Of a DNA stretch of 34,403 nt, positions 18,971 through 29,951 are shown piece by piece. Both the position numbers and the translations under genes were made by a program. Numbering within the stretch: the stretch's first letter is position 1; every line of letters starts with the position of its first letter. The DNA is from Myxococcales bacterium (GTDB lineage Bacteria > Myxococcota_A > UBA9042), in contig JBBISH010000066.1 in NCBI GenBank assembly GCA_037441385.1, positions 1 to 34,403 of the forward strand, given 5' to 3'. The notes beneath the pieces are model-generated. The model saw nothing but the letters and a program-made list of their open reading frames with translations, did no database searches and had not been told where the DNA came from.

Positions 18971-19666
18971 ATGGGTCAGCCGCGCGTCATCAAACGCTAT
19001 GCCAACCGCAAGATGTACGACACTTCGCGCTCGTGCTACGTCACGCTCGAAGAAGTGGCCGAGATGGTGCGCAATGGCCACGAAGTCCAAGTCATCGATA
19101 ATAAAAGCAAGGCCGACCTCACCGAGGTGACGCTGACCCAGGCGCTGCTCGACTCCGAGCGCAAGCGCCGCGGGACCGTGCCGCTGGTGGGACTGCGGAC
19201 GCTGATTGCTCAAGGCAACGACTTTCTTCAGAAAAAGGTGGCACAGCCGGTGGTACGGGCCCGCGACGAAGCCGAGCGCACCGTCGAGACCTGGCGCGAC
19301 GAGGCCGAGCGCACCGTACAAAGCTGGCGCCACGAGGCCGAGCGCGTGCTGCAGCACCGGCGGCCGGTCGACGTCGAAGAGACCGCGGCGCCTGAAGTGC
19401 CCGCAAGTGGCGAAAACCACGACAACAAGGGCAAGTCCTGGCGCTGGCCGATCGGGCCGTCGTTCTCGCCCGACGAACTTCAACACTTCTTGGACGAGGT
19501 CGTGCGCGGCTCGGTGGTGGCGTGGTTGGCCCCGCATGGGCAGTCCGCGGACAAGATGGGCCAGGAAATCACCGAATTGCGTGCAGAAGTGGCCAACTTG
19601 CAGGCGCGCGTGGCCGAACTAGAGAGTCAGCTTCCCGGCCGCAACCGGCGCGTGAATCGTTCGTGA
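18971..19666 (+). CDS. PhaR-like protein (PHB-accumulation regulator N-terminal DNA-binding domain)
   Basis: IKRYANRKMYDTSRSCYVTLEE, VIDNK..DLT..TLTQ; C-terminal coiled coil; ATG 18971 after GGGAG. Confidence 0.8.
   Translation: MGQPRVIKRYANRKMYDTSRSCYVTLEEVAEMVRNGHEVQVIDNKSKADLTEVTLTQALLDSERKRRGTVPLVGLRTLIAQGNDFLQKKVAQPVVRARDEAERTVETWRDEAERTVQSWRHEAERVLQHRRPVDVEETAAPEVPASGENHDNKGKSWRWPIGPSFSPDELQHFLDEVVRGSVVAWLAPHGQSADKMGQEITELRAEVANLQARVAELESQLPGRNRRVNRS
19262..19360 (+). repeat. Three coding 33-bp (11-aa) tandem repeats
   Basis: RDEAERTVETW / RDEAERTVQSW / RHEAERVLQHR. Confidence 0.85.
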
Positions 19667-19771
19667 CGCAAGCGCGTATCCAAGAGGGCCGGGTGCTTGA
19701 TCGGCCGCGCACACGAGCGCAGCATACCAGCGGCCCCGACCAGGGTTAGCAACATCCTTAGGAGATCTGCC

Positions 19772-20263
19772 ATGAAAGCCCTACGCACCACGTTCACCTC
19801 TCTCGCCGTCGTTTGCGCCGCCCTGGCTTGCGTCGTGAGCGCCAACCCCGCGATGGGTAAAGAGAAGGCCCCGCCGAAGGCCGAAGAGACGCCGCAGATC
19901 GACGAGAACGAGATCCTTGGCGAAGCCAAGATCGCGATGAAGATCGAGTTCGTGAAGTTCCAGCTCGACGACAAGAAAGAGTGGGACAACCACGAATACG
20001 TCGATGGCGCCAAGACCTTGATCATCAAGGGCATCGATCGAAGCGGCGACCACACCGTAACGCTGACGCCGCGCGAGTCGGGCTACGAGCCAGTCACGCT
20101 GACCATCAAGAGCAGCGATTTCAAGCGCACCGTGACCAAGACCAAGGGCCGCACCCAGACGATCGCGTTCTTGGCGCACTACTCGGCCAGCTTCACCAAG
20201 CCCACGGCGCCCAAGACGGACAAGCCCGCGGACAAGCCGGCCGACAAGCCCGCCGAGAAATAG
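19772..20263 (+). CDS. Secreted hypothetical protein, beta-rich (PEGA-like?)
   Basis: ATG 19772 with RBS AGGAG; signal peptide; SGDHTVTLTPRESGYEP; (DKPA)n tail. Confidence 0.7.
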   Translation: MKALRTTFTSLAVVCAALACVVSANPAMGKEKAPPKAEETPQIDENEILGEAKIAMKIEFVKFQLDDKKEWDNHEYVDGAKTLIIKGIDRSGDHTVTLTPRESGYEPVTLTIKSSDFKRTVTKTKGRTQTIAFLAHYSASFTKPTAPKTDKPADKPADKPAEK

Positions 20264-20266
20264 CGG

Positions 20267-20935
20267 CTACGGCTTCCACGGCCGGGTCGCCGACCACAGC
20301 CACTCGAAGGCGGTGGCCACCAGCAGCGCATACGTCCATGCGCCGATACGCAGAAGTTGCGGGTAGTTGCGCAGGTGCGGCCACAGCGTCGCCGCCGCCA
20401 GCCCCGCCAGCGCACCCGCTAGGGGCGCCACCGTCCCGCCGCCCGGCATCGCCAACGCCAATAGCTGCAATCCCCACACGCCTGCCAACGCCAACCGCCC
20501 GCCGCGACGCGGAGTTTCGCTGTGCCGGCCGAGCCAGGTGGTCGCTACCAGCACGCCCAGCGCCCCGGCCGAAGCCGTCGCCGCCGGGCTGCCGGGTTCG
20601 ATCAAGGCCTGAGCCAGCGCGCCACACAGCATCGAACTAGCGAAAATGACTGTAATCCCAGTCGGCGAAGCCTGGCGCTCCAGCGGCCGAGCCCAGGCCA
20701 GCGTGGTGACCGAGGCGAACAGATGCAGCGCACCGGCGTGCAGCCAGCCAGCCGTAAGCAGGCGCGGCCACTGACCTTTGCCGACCAGCTCGCCCAAGTT
20801 GGCGCCCATCCGCACCAGCCCGGGCTGGTCCAAGCCGTGCCACAGGTACTGGCCAGCGCACACCAGCGTCCACGCCGCAGCGATCACCAGCGTTGGGCCC
20901 AGCTGGGGCGGCGGCGCGCTGCGCGACTCAGACAC
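20267..20935 (-). CDS. Rhomboid-family membrane protein, probably catalytically inactive
   Basis: MGA...GQWPRLLT..WLH...HLF; GASG appears as TASA; the catalytic His position appears as Pro (VAPLAG); GTG 20935 overlaps the upstream stop. Confidence 0.65.
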   Translation of the reverse strand: MSESRSAPPPQLGPTLVIAAAWTLVCAGQYLWHGLDQPGLVRMGANLGELVGKGQWPRLLTAGWLHAGALHLFASVTTLAWARPLERQASPTGITVIFASSMLCGALAQALIEPGSPAATASAGALGVLVATTWLGRHSETPRRGGRLALAGVWGLQLLALAMPGGGTVAPLAGALAGLAAATLWPHLRNYPQLLRIGAWTYALLVATAFEWLWSATRPWKP

Positions 20936-21869
20936 GTTCGGCCCACTGCGCCAGCGTCGCCACGTCGTGGGTGGCGGCCAGGTCTTCCAGCGTGCGCAGC
21001 AGCACCGGCCACTTGGCCTTGAGCGGCACCCGCTGGTCGGGCTGGGCCAGCAGCCGCGCGGGCAGGCGATCCCCAGCATTGTCCAGCAGATCGATGGCGT
21101 GGCACTCGAAGTTGAGCCAGTCGCTGCTGAGCAGCAGCGGCCGCGTCGCCAACCGCAGCGCCTCGCCGCCGGCGATGACACTGGTGGCGATGAAGGGCCA
21201 GCGCACGCCGGGGAGCGTGCCAATCGGCAACTCGATCAGCGTTCGGCCCGAAGGCAGCGCCCAGCGGTAGGGTTTGCGGTCCCCCAGCCACACGCTGGGC
21301 GGCTCGGCAATACTACCCGACGGCCGGCCACGCAGCCGATACAGCTGGATGATCCCGGCCTTGGCCCCTTGGTAGGCCGGGCACGGGAAGCGCGACGAGT
21401 CGTAGCTGTGGCCCGCATCGACGATGGCGTTGACCAGCGCGTCGCTGAGCACGTAGCCGGGCGCGCGGAACCCGAGCACGGCCTGGCCGGTGGCGTCTTG
21501 CAGGATCGCGCGCGACTTGTGCAATTCTTCGCGCAGTTCGTCCGCCGGCAGGCGCGACAGGTTGTACGGGTGCGTCAGGCTGTGACTGCCGACTTCGTGC
21601 CCCGCCGCGACCAAATCCGACAGCACGGCGCGGACTTCGGGGTTCTGCAAGTCTTGCGCGACCACAAAGAAGGTGGCCTTGGCGCCAACCCGCACAAACA
21701 AATCCAGGAAACGCGGCACGCCCATGGTCCACACGCGCGGATCGTGGGTGCGGGCATCGAAATCGGCGGCGTTGCCCGCCCCGCCCTGGTGGCCGTGGAT
21801 GCGGTCGTACAGGTACAGCCCGTCGATGTCGACGTTGACCGCAGCGCGAGGCGCAGAAAGGGCGCTCAT
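20928..21869 (-). CDS. Polysaccharide deacetylase (CE4) family protein
   Basis: VNVDID, KATFFVV, GHEVGSHSLTH, GFRAPGY, YDSS; ATG 21869 overlaps the GT2 stop (ATGA). Confidence 0.88.
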   Translation of the reverse strand: MSALSAPRAAVNVDIDGLYLYDRIHGHQGGAGNAADFDARTHDPRVWTMGVPRFLDLFVRVGAKATFFVVAQDLQNPEVRAVLSDLVAAGHEVGSHSLTHPYNLSRLPADELREELHKSRAILQDATGQAVLGFRAPGYVLSDALVNAIVDAGHSYDSSRFPCPAYQGAKAGIIQLYRLRGRPSGSIAEPPSVWLGDRKPYRWALPSGRTLIELPIGTLPGVRWPFIATSVIAGGEALRLATRPLLLSSDWLNFECHAIDLLDNAGDRLPARLLAQPDQRVPLKAKWPVLLRTLEDLAATHDVATLAQWAERV

Positions 21870-22612
21870 CGGTTCTTGATGCGGATGACCACGAACAGGC
21901 GGCCCAAGCCCTTCAGAACGTTCGGAACGCGCTTGAACAGGTGGATCGAAGGTGGGCGCTTCTCGTGAATACGAATGGGAATTTCGGTCACACGCACGTG
22001 GTAGCGCTGGGCGCGGATCACCAACTCGCTGGCGAAGAGGTCGCGGTCCACCACGCACTTGCCCACGGTGTAGGTCAGCTTGTCGCGGCGGAAGGCCTTG
22101 AGGCCATGCGTGTCGGTGCCGCGGAAGCCGAGCATGACGCGCAGCAACCCGTTGATCACCATGGTGGCAGCGCGACGGGTGAGCGGGCGCTCGTCCTTGG
22201 CGTCGGGGTGCGCCTTGCTGCCCACGACCATGTCGGCGCGATCGTCGTCCAGAATCGCCAGCGCGCGCTTGTGGAAGTCCAGATCGCAAAGGTCAATCTC
22301 TTCGCAGATCACGTACTTGCCGCGTGCCGCCTCGATGCCGCGCCGCAGCGCCTTGCCGTAGTTGGGCTCGTCCGAGTGGATCGCCCGCACCGACGGGTAG
22401 GCGCGGCTCAGCTTGTCGGCGATCGCGCGCGTGTCGTCTTTGCTGCCGTTTTCGCTGATCAGGATCTCGAACGGGCGACCCAAGGACAGCAGCCCCTGGT
22501 GCAGGTCGACCACCGCGCCCCAAAGGATGGCTTCTTCGTTGTAGCAGGGGATGACGACGCTGAGATCGGGTTCGATGGTGCTCGCCGCTGCGGCGGTGTT
22601 TTCGGAACTCAC
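21866..22612 (-). CDS. GT2 glycosyltransferase, polyprenol-phosphate glycosyltransferase (DPM1-like)
   Basis: SVVIPCYNEE, ENGSKDDT, NYGKALRRG, EIDL, DMVVGSK, DTHGLKAF; GTG 22612 after GGAGG. Confidence 0.88.
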   Translation of the reverse strand: MSSENTAAAASTIEPDLSVVIPCYNEEAILWGAVVDLHQGLLSLGRPFEILISENGSKDDTRAIADKLSRAYPSVRAIHSDEPNYGKALRRGIEAARGKYVICEEIDLCDLDFHKRALAILDDDRADMVVGSKAHPDAKDERPLTRRAATMVINGLLRVMLGFRGTDTHGLKAFRRDKLTYTVGKCVVDRDLFASELVIRAQRYHVRVTEIPIRIHEKRPPSIHLFKRVPNVLKGLGRLFVVIRIKNR

Positions 22613-22712
22613 GCTAGGCCTCCGGGAGCAAAACCGGGCCAAGAGTGTCGGCCAGCCGAACGCTCAGGTCAAGGCCTGCCGGGATATGGGAGCGAACGGA
22701 GGGTTCGGCAGG

Positions 22713-23222
22713 CTACTGCGCTTGGGTAATCGCAGTCTTGACGTCGTCGCAAGTCTTGCCCTGCGGCAGTGCGCCAATGGTCGTGTCGGCCTCGCAGTCC
22801 TTGGGGATCGCGTTGTTGCCCAGTTTGCCAATCGTCTCGGTCAGCAGGCAGCGCGCCGCGGGCTCCAGGGTGCCCTGGGTCTTGGTCTTCAGCTCGGCCA
22901 GCGCCTGGGTCTTGCTTTGGGCCGACAGGTTGGTATTGGCGTTGATGTCCTTCTTGGCGGCCTGGTAGGTGTCGATGACCTTGGTCACCTGCGGGGTCAT
23001 GGGGGTACACGCCTCGGACACCAGGCCCTTGGTCAGGGACTTGCCCATCAAGTTGGTGCAGCAATTCAACATCTTGGACGTGTTCGGCAGCTCGGGTTCC
23101 TTGAGCGCCAGGGGCGTGCCGTCGATGGCCTTGGCGGCGTCGTTCAAGACGCTTTGGCAACCGAGCAGCGCGGCGGTGCCAGCAACAAGGACCAGAAACG
23201 AGCGGAGAAAGGTCATCTGCAT
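22713..23222 (-). CDS. Small cysteine-rich lipoprotein
   Basis: ATG 23222 after GAGG; MQMTFLRSFLVLVAGTAALLG-C; six further Cys. Confidence 0.75.
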   Translation of the reverse strand: MQMTFLRSFLVLVAGTAALLGCQSVLNDAAKAIDGTPLALKEPELPNTSKMLNCCTNLMGKSLTKGLVSEACTPMTPQVTKVIDTYQAAKKDINANTNLSAQSKTQALAELKTKTQGTLEPAARCLLTETIGKLGNNAIPKDCEADTTIGALPQGKTCDDVKTAITQAQ

Positions 23223-23425
23223 CAAAAACCTCGGCGGACGGTGACGGATCGTGACGATCGCCAATGGGTTCGGGCCACGCGGCCCGGCCCCCAAGGGCAA
23301 CCTGGCAGGCATGATACCGGCGCCGGCGGCGAACGCCAATTCGGCACGAAATTCCTGACAACACGCGCCCCTGGTGTATTCTCGCCGGCGGGCTGGTCTA
23401 TGCGCGACTAGCCCCAGGAGTCCGC

Positions 23426-26400
23426 TTGGCCACCCCCAAAACCACCCCAGGTCGCGGTCGTCGCACCGCACTATTCGTCTTTGGCGGCCTGATGTTGCTG
23501 CTCGTCGGCGGTATCGGCATCGGCTCGATCGCCGCAGGCAGCATCCTGCGTTCGCGCTTGCAGATGGTGGCAGACGACGCGGGCTTGGCGCTGAAGCTCG
23601 AGCAGATCTCGGTGTCGCCCTTTGGGCGAATTCGCGTGCAGGGTCTGGCGTTTACCCGCAAAGACGGCAGCAACGTCGCGGCAGTGCAAGAGGCCACGGC
23701 CGAGCTGTCGCCGTGGAAGGCCCTGATGGGGCGGCGGCGGCCGCAGCGCGCGGATGTGCGGCAATTCGAGGTGGACGTGCTGTTGCAGGACGGCAAGCCC
23801 AAGGAGCTGCTGGATCTGTACAAGGCGGCGCGCAAGCAGTTGCCCGCCAAGAAGAAAGTCGACGATCAAGAAGAAAAGCAGGCCAAGGGCGGCACCGCAC
23901 TGTTCGTCGAGCAAGGCGCGGTCACCATTCGCGTCCAGGGCAAGGGCTCGCAGTACCTGCCGCAGGGACTGCGGATTCACGACGTGGCGCTGCACGTGGA
24001 CCTGTCGCACGGCGTGGGCGATCTGGCGGCGGTGGTGGACGGCACGGTGGCGAGCAAGCTGGCGGCCACGCTGGAGACCCAGGCCGACGGGCCGCCGAAA
24101 CTGGCTGCGCGCTTCCAACCCGAATTCCGCCTGAAAATGCCCGATTCGGCGCCGCTGCCGCTGGGGGTGGACTCGATCGCGGTGGCGGGGCTGCGCTTTG
24201 ATGCGCAAGCGGGTGGCTCGGTCGAGGATCTGGTGCTGCGCAAAGGCGAGCAGGTGCTGGTGTCGGTCAAACACGTGCGGCCTCTGACGCAGCGGCTGGG
24301 CGTGGCGGCTGAGCAAATCGCGTTTGCGCTGCCCGAGCCCAAGGCCAGTGGGGACAAGAGCGACGCGGCGGCGGACAAGGCCAAGGCCGACAAGGCGGGT
24401 AAGCCCAGCAAGCCACAGCAGAATGACGGTCCGGCCGCCCAGGCCCCGGCGGGCGTGGCGCAGGCGAGCACCGCGCGGATCTGGAACGGCACGGCCGAGC
24501 GGCTGAGCCTGGCGCTGGACGGTGTGGAAGGTGGTGAAATCCCACTGGTTGCCCGCCTGGAGGCGTGCAAGGTGACGATCCCAGGCAACGTGGGCGTCAT
24601 CGGCGTGCAGGCGGTGGAGCTGAAGACCGACAAGATTCCCGGCGAGCACGCGCTGGAGTCGCTGACCGGGTTTACGGTGGACCAACCCTCGGTGGATTTG
24701 CCCTGGCGGCAAGAGGCCTTGGAGCAGGTACCCGGCGGGCGGCACCTGTGGAAGGCGGTCACGGCAGCGGAGTTGGCCAAGCTGAAGCGCCAGGCGATGG
24801 ACGAGGCCGAGGCCGACGAGGAGCTGAACGACCCCAACCTGCCTCCCGATGTGCGCGACAAGAAGATCAAAGAGCGCGTGGATCAAAAGCTGCGCGAAGC
24901 CGGCAAGTTGCCAGAGGATCCCAAGAACAAGAAACCGGGCGTCAAGAAGCCGCAGGTGGCCGGCGCGCAGCTGGACGACGACGGCAAGAAGGCGGCGCCG
25001 CAGGCGAAGAAGTCGTGGACTTCGACCCAGGTGCAACCCCTGCGCGACCTGCACAAGCAGCTGCTGGGGGCCGACGAGCTGGTGCAGAGCGTCATCGCCA
25101 AGATGGCTCAGGCGCCCAAGCTGAAGCTGCAGGTGCGCGGCGGGCGCTTTGGGCTGCTGCGCGAGGGCTCGAACAAGCCGTTTGGCGGCGTGCAAGACAT
25201 CACGGTGGAGTCGACCCCGGCGCAGGCCGATGGCACGCGCGGGCTGCTCGTGTCGGCCAAACCCTTTGATGACGAACGGGTGTGGGGCGAGATTTCCAGC
25301 GACGTCATCACCGGCCCGGGTCCCAAGCTGCAAAAAGCCAAGCTGAAATTGGCGGGCGGCCATTTTGCTCAGGCGCTGCGCATCGTCAGCTCGGCGGTGT
25401 CGGTGCCGCCGGACTCGGACATCGAGGTCAACCTTGACTTTGCCACCGGGACGGTCGCGGGGCAGAACCTGGCGATCACGGGCGATTTTGCGATCAAGAA
25501 GCTGGGCTTTGACTACTGGCGGTTGGCGCCCAAGCCGATCGACGATTTTTCGGCGGCGGGCAAGGTCGCGTTCCGCGTCAGTGGGCCCGAGAACCTGATC
25601 TCGGTGGACCTGCCCGACCTGACCATCGGCGAGGCCAAGGTCCATGCGCTGCTGGAAGCGACCGACCTGGCCAGCAAACCCACCGTGCATCTGCACTTTG
25701 AGGCACCCAAGCAAGACGCCGGGGCGATGGCGCGATCGATCCCGCCCGGCATGACCTCGACGATCGGCCGCATCGAGGCGCGCGGCGAGATCAGCTGGCT
25801 GGTGGACCTGAAGGTGCCGCTCGCCGACGTGTACAAGTCGGACCTCAAAGTGGAAATGGACGACACGACCTGCGAGATCGTCAAGTTTGGCAACGTGGAC
25901 CTGAACGACTGGGCGGGCGATTTTTCGCGGCCCGTCAACGAGAACGGCACCCTGCTCGACGACGTGCAAGTGGGCCCCAGCTCTGGCTTTTGGGTGCCCC
26001 TGGCCGAGCTGGCGCCCTGGACGTGGTGGGCGATGGTGGCGACCGAGGACGGCCGCTTCTACAAGCACCGCGGCGTGGCGCCAGGTCTGATTCTGCGCGC
26101 GATTCGCTTGGACTTGGACTACGGACGGTTTGTCTACGGCGGCTCGACCATCACGCAACAGCTGGTGAAGAATATCTTTTTGACGCGGGCCAAGAACCTG
26201 TCGCGCAAGTTCGAAGAGCTGCTGATCGTCTGGCACATGGAGCGCGACCTGCAGAAGATCTTGCCGGCCAAAGGGCCCAAGGACCCACCGAACAAGGCCG
26301 CCAAGGACCGCATTCTTGAGCTGTATGTGAACATGATCGAGTTTGGCAACGACGGCAAAGACGTCAAAATCTACGGTCTGCAGCGCGCCGCCAAGACCTA

Positions 26401-26677
26401 CTTTGGCAAGGACGCCGCGGCCTTGTCGCCCCTGGAGTCGGCGTTCCTGGCGGCCAACAAGCCGTGCCCGCGCTGCGGCTACACCCGCTTTGTGACCAAG
26501 AACTGGGACTCTTGGTGGCAGTCGCGCATGAAGGGCATCCTGGACAAGATGCGCAACGAAAAGGTGATCTCGGAAGAGCAGTACCTGGCCGAGATCAACA
26601 CGGTGCCCAAGTTTGTGGGCTGGCCGCAGACCGTTGTGCCGGCGGCGGATGTGCCTTTGGGCGGGACGGAGGAGTAG
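23426..26677 (+). CDS. Large monofunctional peptidoglycan transglycosylase (GT51) with N-terminal TM and a long beta-rich, AsmA-like region
   Basis: C-terminal GT51 motifs EDGRFYKHRG, GGSTITQQLVKN, RKFEE, KDRILELYVN; no transpeptidase domain; about 800 aa N-terminal extension. Confidence 0.85.
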   Translation: MATPKTTPGRGRRTALFVFGGLMLLLVGGIGIGSIAAGSILRSRLQMVADDAGLALKLEQISVSPFGRIRVQGLAFTRKDGSNVAAVQEATAELSPWKALMGRRRPQRADVRQFEVDVLLQDGKPKELLDLYKAARKQLPAKKKVDDQEEKQAKGGTALFVEQGAVTIRVQGKGSQYLPQGLRIHDVALHVDLSHGVGDLAAVVDGTVASKLAATLETQADGPPKLAARFQPEFRLKMPDSAPLPLGVDSIAVAGLRFDAQAGGSVEDLVLRKGEQVLVSVKHVRPLTQRLGVAAEQIAFALPEPKASGDKSDAAADKAKADKAGKPSKPQQNDGPAAQAPAGVAQASTARIWNGTAERLSLALDGVEGGEIPLVARLEACKVTIPGNVGVIGVQAVELKTDKIPGEHALESLTGFTVDQPSVDLPWRQEALEQVPGGRHLWKAVTAAELAKLKRQAMDEAEADEELNDPNLPPDVRDKKIKERVDQKLREAGKLPEDPKNKKPGVKKPQVAGAQLDDDGKKAAPQAKKSWTSTQVQPLRDLHKQLLGADELVQSVIAKMAQAPKLKLQVRGGRFGLLREGSNKPFGGVQDITVESTPAQADGTRGLLVSAKPFDDERVWGEISSDVITGPGPKLQKAKLKLAGGHFAQALRIVSSAVSVPPDSDIEVNLDFATGTVAGQNLAITGDFAIKKLGFDYWRLAPKPIDDFSAAGKVAFRVSGPENLISVDLPDLTIGEAKVHALLEATDLASKPTVHLHFEAPKQDAGAMARSIPPGMTSTIGRIEARGEISWLVDLKVPLADVYKSDLKVEMDDTTCEIVKFGNVDLNDWAGDFSRPVNENGTLLDDVQVGPSSGFWVPLAELAPWTWWAMVATEDGRFYKHRGVAPGLILRAIRLDLDYGRFVYGGSTITQQLVKNIFLTRAKNLSRKFEELLIVWHMERDLQKILPAKGPKDPPNKAAKDRILELYVNMIEFGNDGKDVKIYGLQRAAKTYFGKDAAALSPLESAFLAANKPCPRCGYTRFVTKNWDSWWQSRMKGILDKMRNEKVISEEQYLAEINTVPKFVGWPQTVVPAADVPLGGTEE

Positions 26678-26688
26678 GTACAACCCCG

Positions 26689-28653
<1,965 letters not shown>

Positions 28654-28794
28654 CGGGATGCTTTGCGGCGAGTCGAGTCGCGAAGGGCGCGGCATGGTAG
28701 GCGTGCAGTCGCAGAGTAGCAAGCAGTTTTGGACCAAGGGGACTTGCCTGCGCTACACTCGCTCGGCGCGAGCGGCTCGCGGCTGGAGGCACAG

Positions 28795-29451
28795 ATGCAT
28801 TGGGCAGCAACGACGGCCATCGCCTTGGTGGTGGGCGCAGCCGCCGGGGTAGCGGTGGGCAAGCTGGGCAACAGCACGCCTTCTCCGGGTGAAGCGCCGG
28901 CCTTGCCAGGCGTGGAGGTGGCGGCCCCAGCCGAGCGAACGGCGCCGCTCTTTGCCAGTGCGACGCCGGCCGAAGCCCCCGCTGAGGCCACGGCCAACCT
29001 GCAAGCCGCGGCGCCAGTGGAGGCGCCCGCAGCCCCAGGCGCGGTGGCGCGGCCGTCGCCTGACAAACCTCCAAACGAAATCCTTGTGTTGCCCCACGGA
29101 CCCGGCCACTTTGCCCGCGTCGATCTGGCCGCGGCGGGCCTGAACAGCTTGCCGATCTACGCGGGGACGATGAATCGCGACGGACCAGCCCAGTTGACAT
29201 CTATCCAGCGGGCGGCAAAGGTCGGCTCGCTCAAAGGGCCCGAGGCGGAAGTCGAGTGGATCCATGCGGGCTTTGATCACGACGCCCGCCTAGTTGCAGC
29301 TCATGTTCGCGTGCCAGACGGCGGTCCCGAAGGACTGATCGTGCTGCTCGTGACCCGCAAAGGGCAGCCCGAAGTGCTTTTGCCGCTGCGTCCAGACCCC
29401 AGCCGGCAAGCCGAGCCGCCCGCCAAGGTGCCCGGACCGGCCGCCCCTTGA
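28795..29451 (+). CDS. Hypothetical protein with N-terminal membrane anchor or signal peptide
   Basis: ATG 28795 after GGAGG; hydrophobic N-terminus; Ala/Pro linker; small globular domain. Confidence 0.65.
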   Translation: MHWAATTAIALVVGAAAGVAVGKLGNSTPSPGEAPALPGVEVAAPAERTAPLFASATPAEAPAEATANLQAAAPVEAPAAPGAVARPSPDKPPNEILVLPHGPGHFARVDLAAAGLNSLPIYAGTMNRDGPAQLTSIQRAAKVGSLKGPEAEVEWIHAGFDHDARLVAAHVRVPDGGPEGLIVLLVTRKGQPEVLLPLRPDPSRQAEPPAKVPGPAAP

Positions 29452-29810
29452 TCTTTGTCAATCAACGCACGGTCCAGTTCAATAATTTTACCTGGTTGTG
29501 AACTTCCTACCGATCGTCAAGTTGGCGCTCGCCGGCTTCGTGCACAGACTTGTCCACAGTGTCCAAGAATTATCAGGATTTGTCATCTATTTTCATGAAC
29601 TTACTATCCACAGCCTCTGGGCGAGTGCGACTCGGATCCGGCATGATCATGGTCCGAACTTGTTCCTTGACGATCGATTTCTAGACGATCGGCAACAATC
29701 GGAGCGCAGTTCGCTGGTTTCGCCGGCGACTCGTGGGCGGCGGCGAGGGATTTTCGGGTCGTCCACGCAAAAATGCGCTCGTTCCGGACTAGACGCTTGT
29801 CAAGTTTTTC
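29452..29810. promoter_or_regulatory. AT-rich intergenic region with DnaA-box-like 9-mers and repeated pseudo-palindromes
   Basis: TTGTCCACA 29550-29558, CTATCCACA 29604-29612, weaker TCGTGCACA 29538-29546; CTWGAC-N4-GTCAAG-like sites at 29506, 29666, 29681 and 29789; clearly lower GC than the flanks. Confidence 0.55.
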
Positions 29811-29903
29811 GAGAAGGGCCACCATCACGACACGGACGGCCGCTGTGGCTTCCGGCGCAAGGCTGGTCAGCGACTAGCTTTTGCGTCGCGCGGCGCCCGT
29901 ACG

Positions 29904-29951
29904 AGGGGAGAACCCAAACTCAGGGGAGAACCCAAACTCAGGGGAGAATCC
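29904..29951 (+). repeat. 18-bp tandem direct repeat, about 2.6 copies
   Basis: AGGGGAGAACCCAAACTC AGGGGAGAACCCAAACTC AGGGGAGAATCC. Confidence 0.9.

Noticed and set aside
29904..29951. 18-bp repeats as a mini-CRISPR
   Set aside because: The units are directly adjacent with no spacers.
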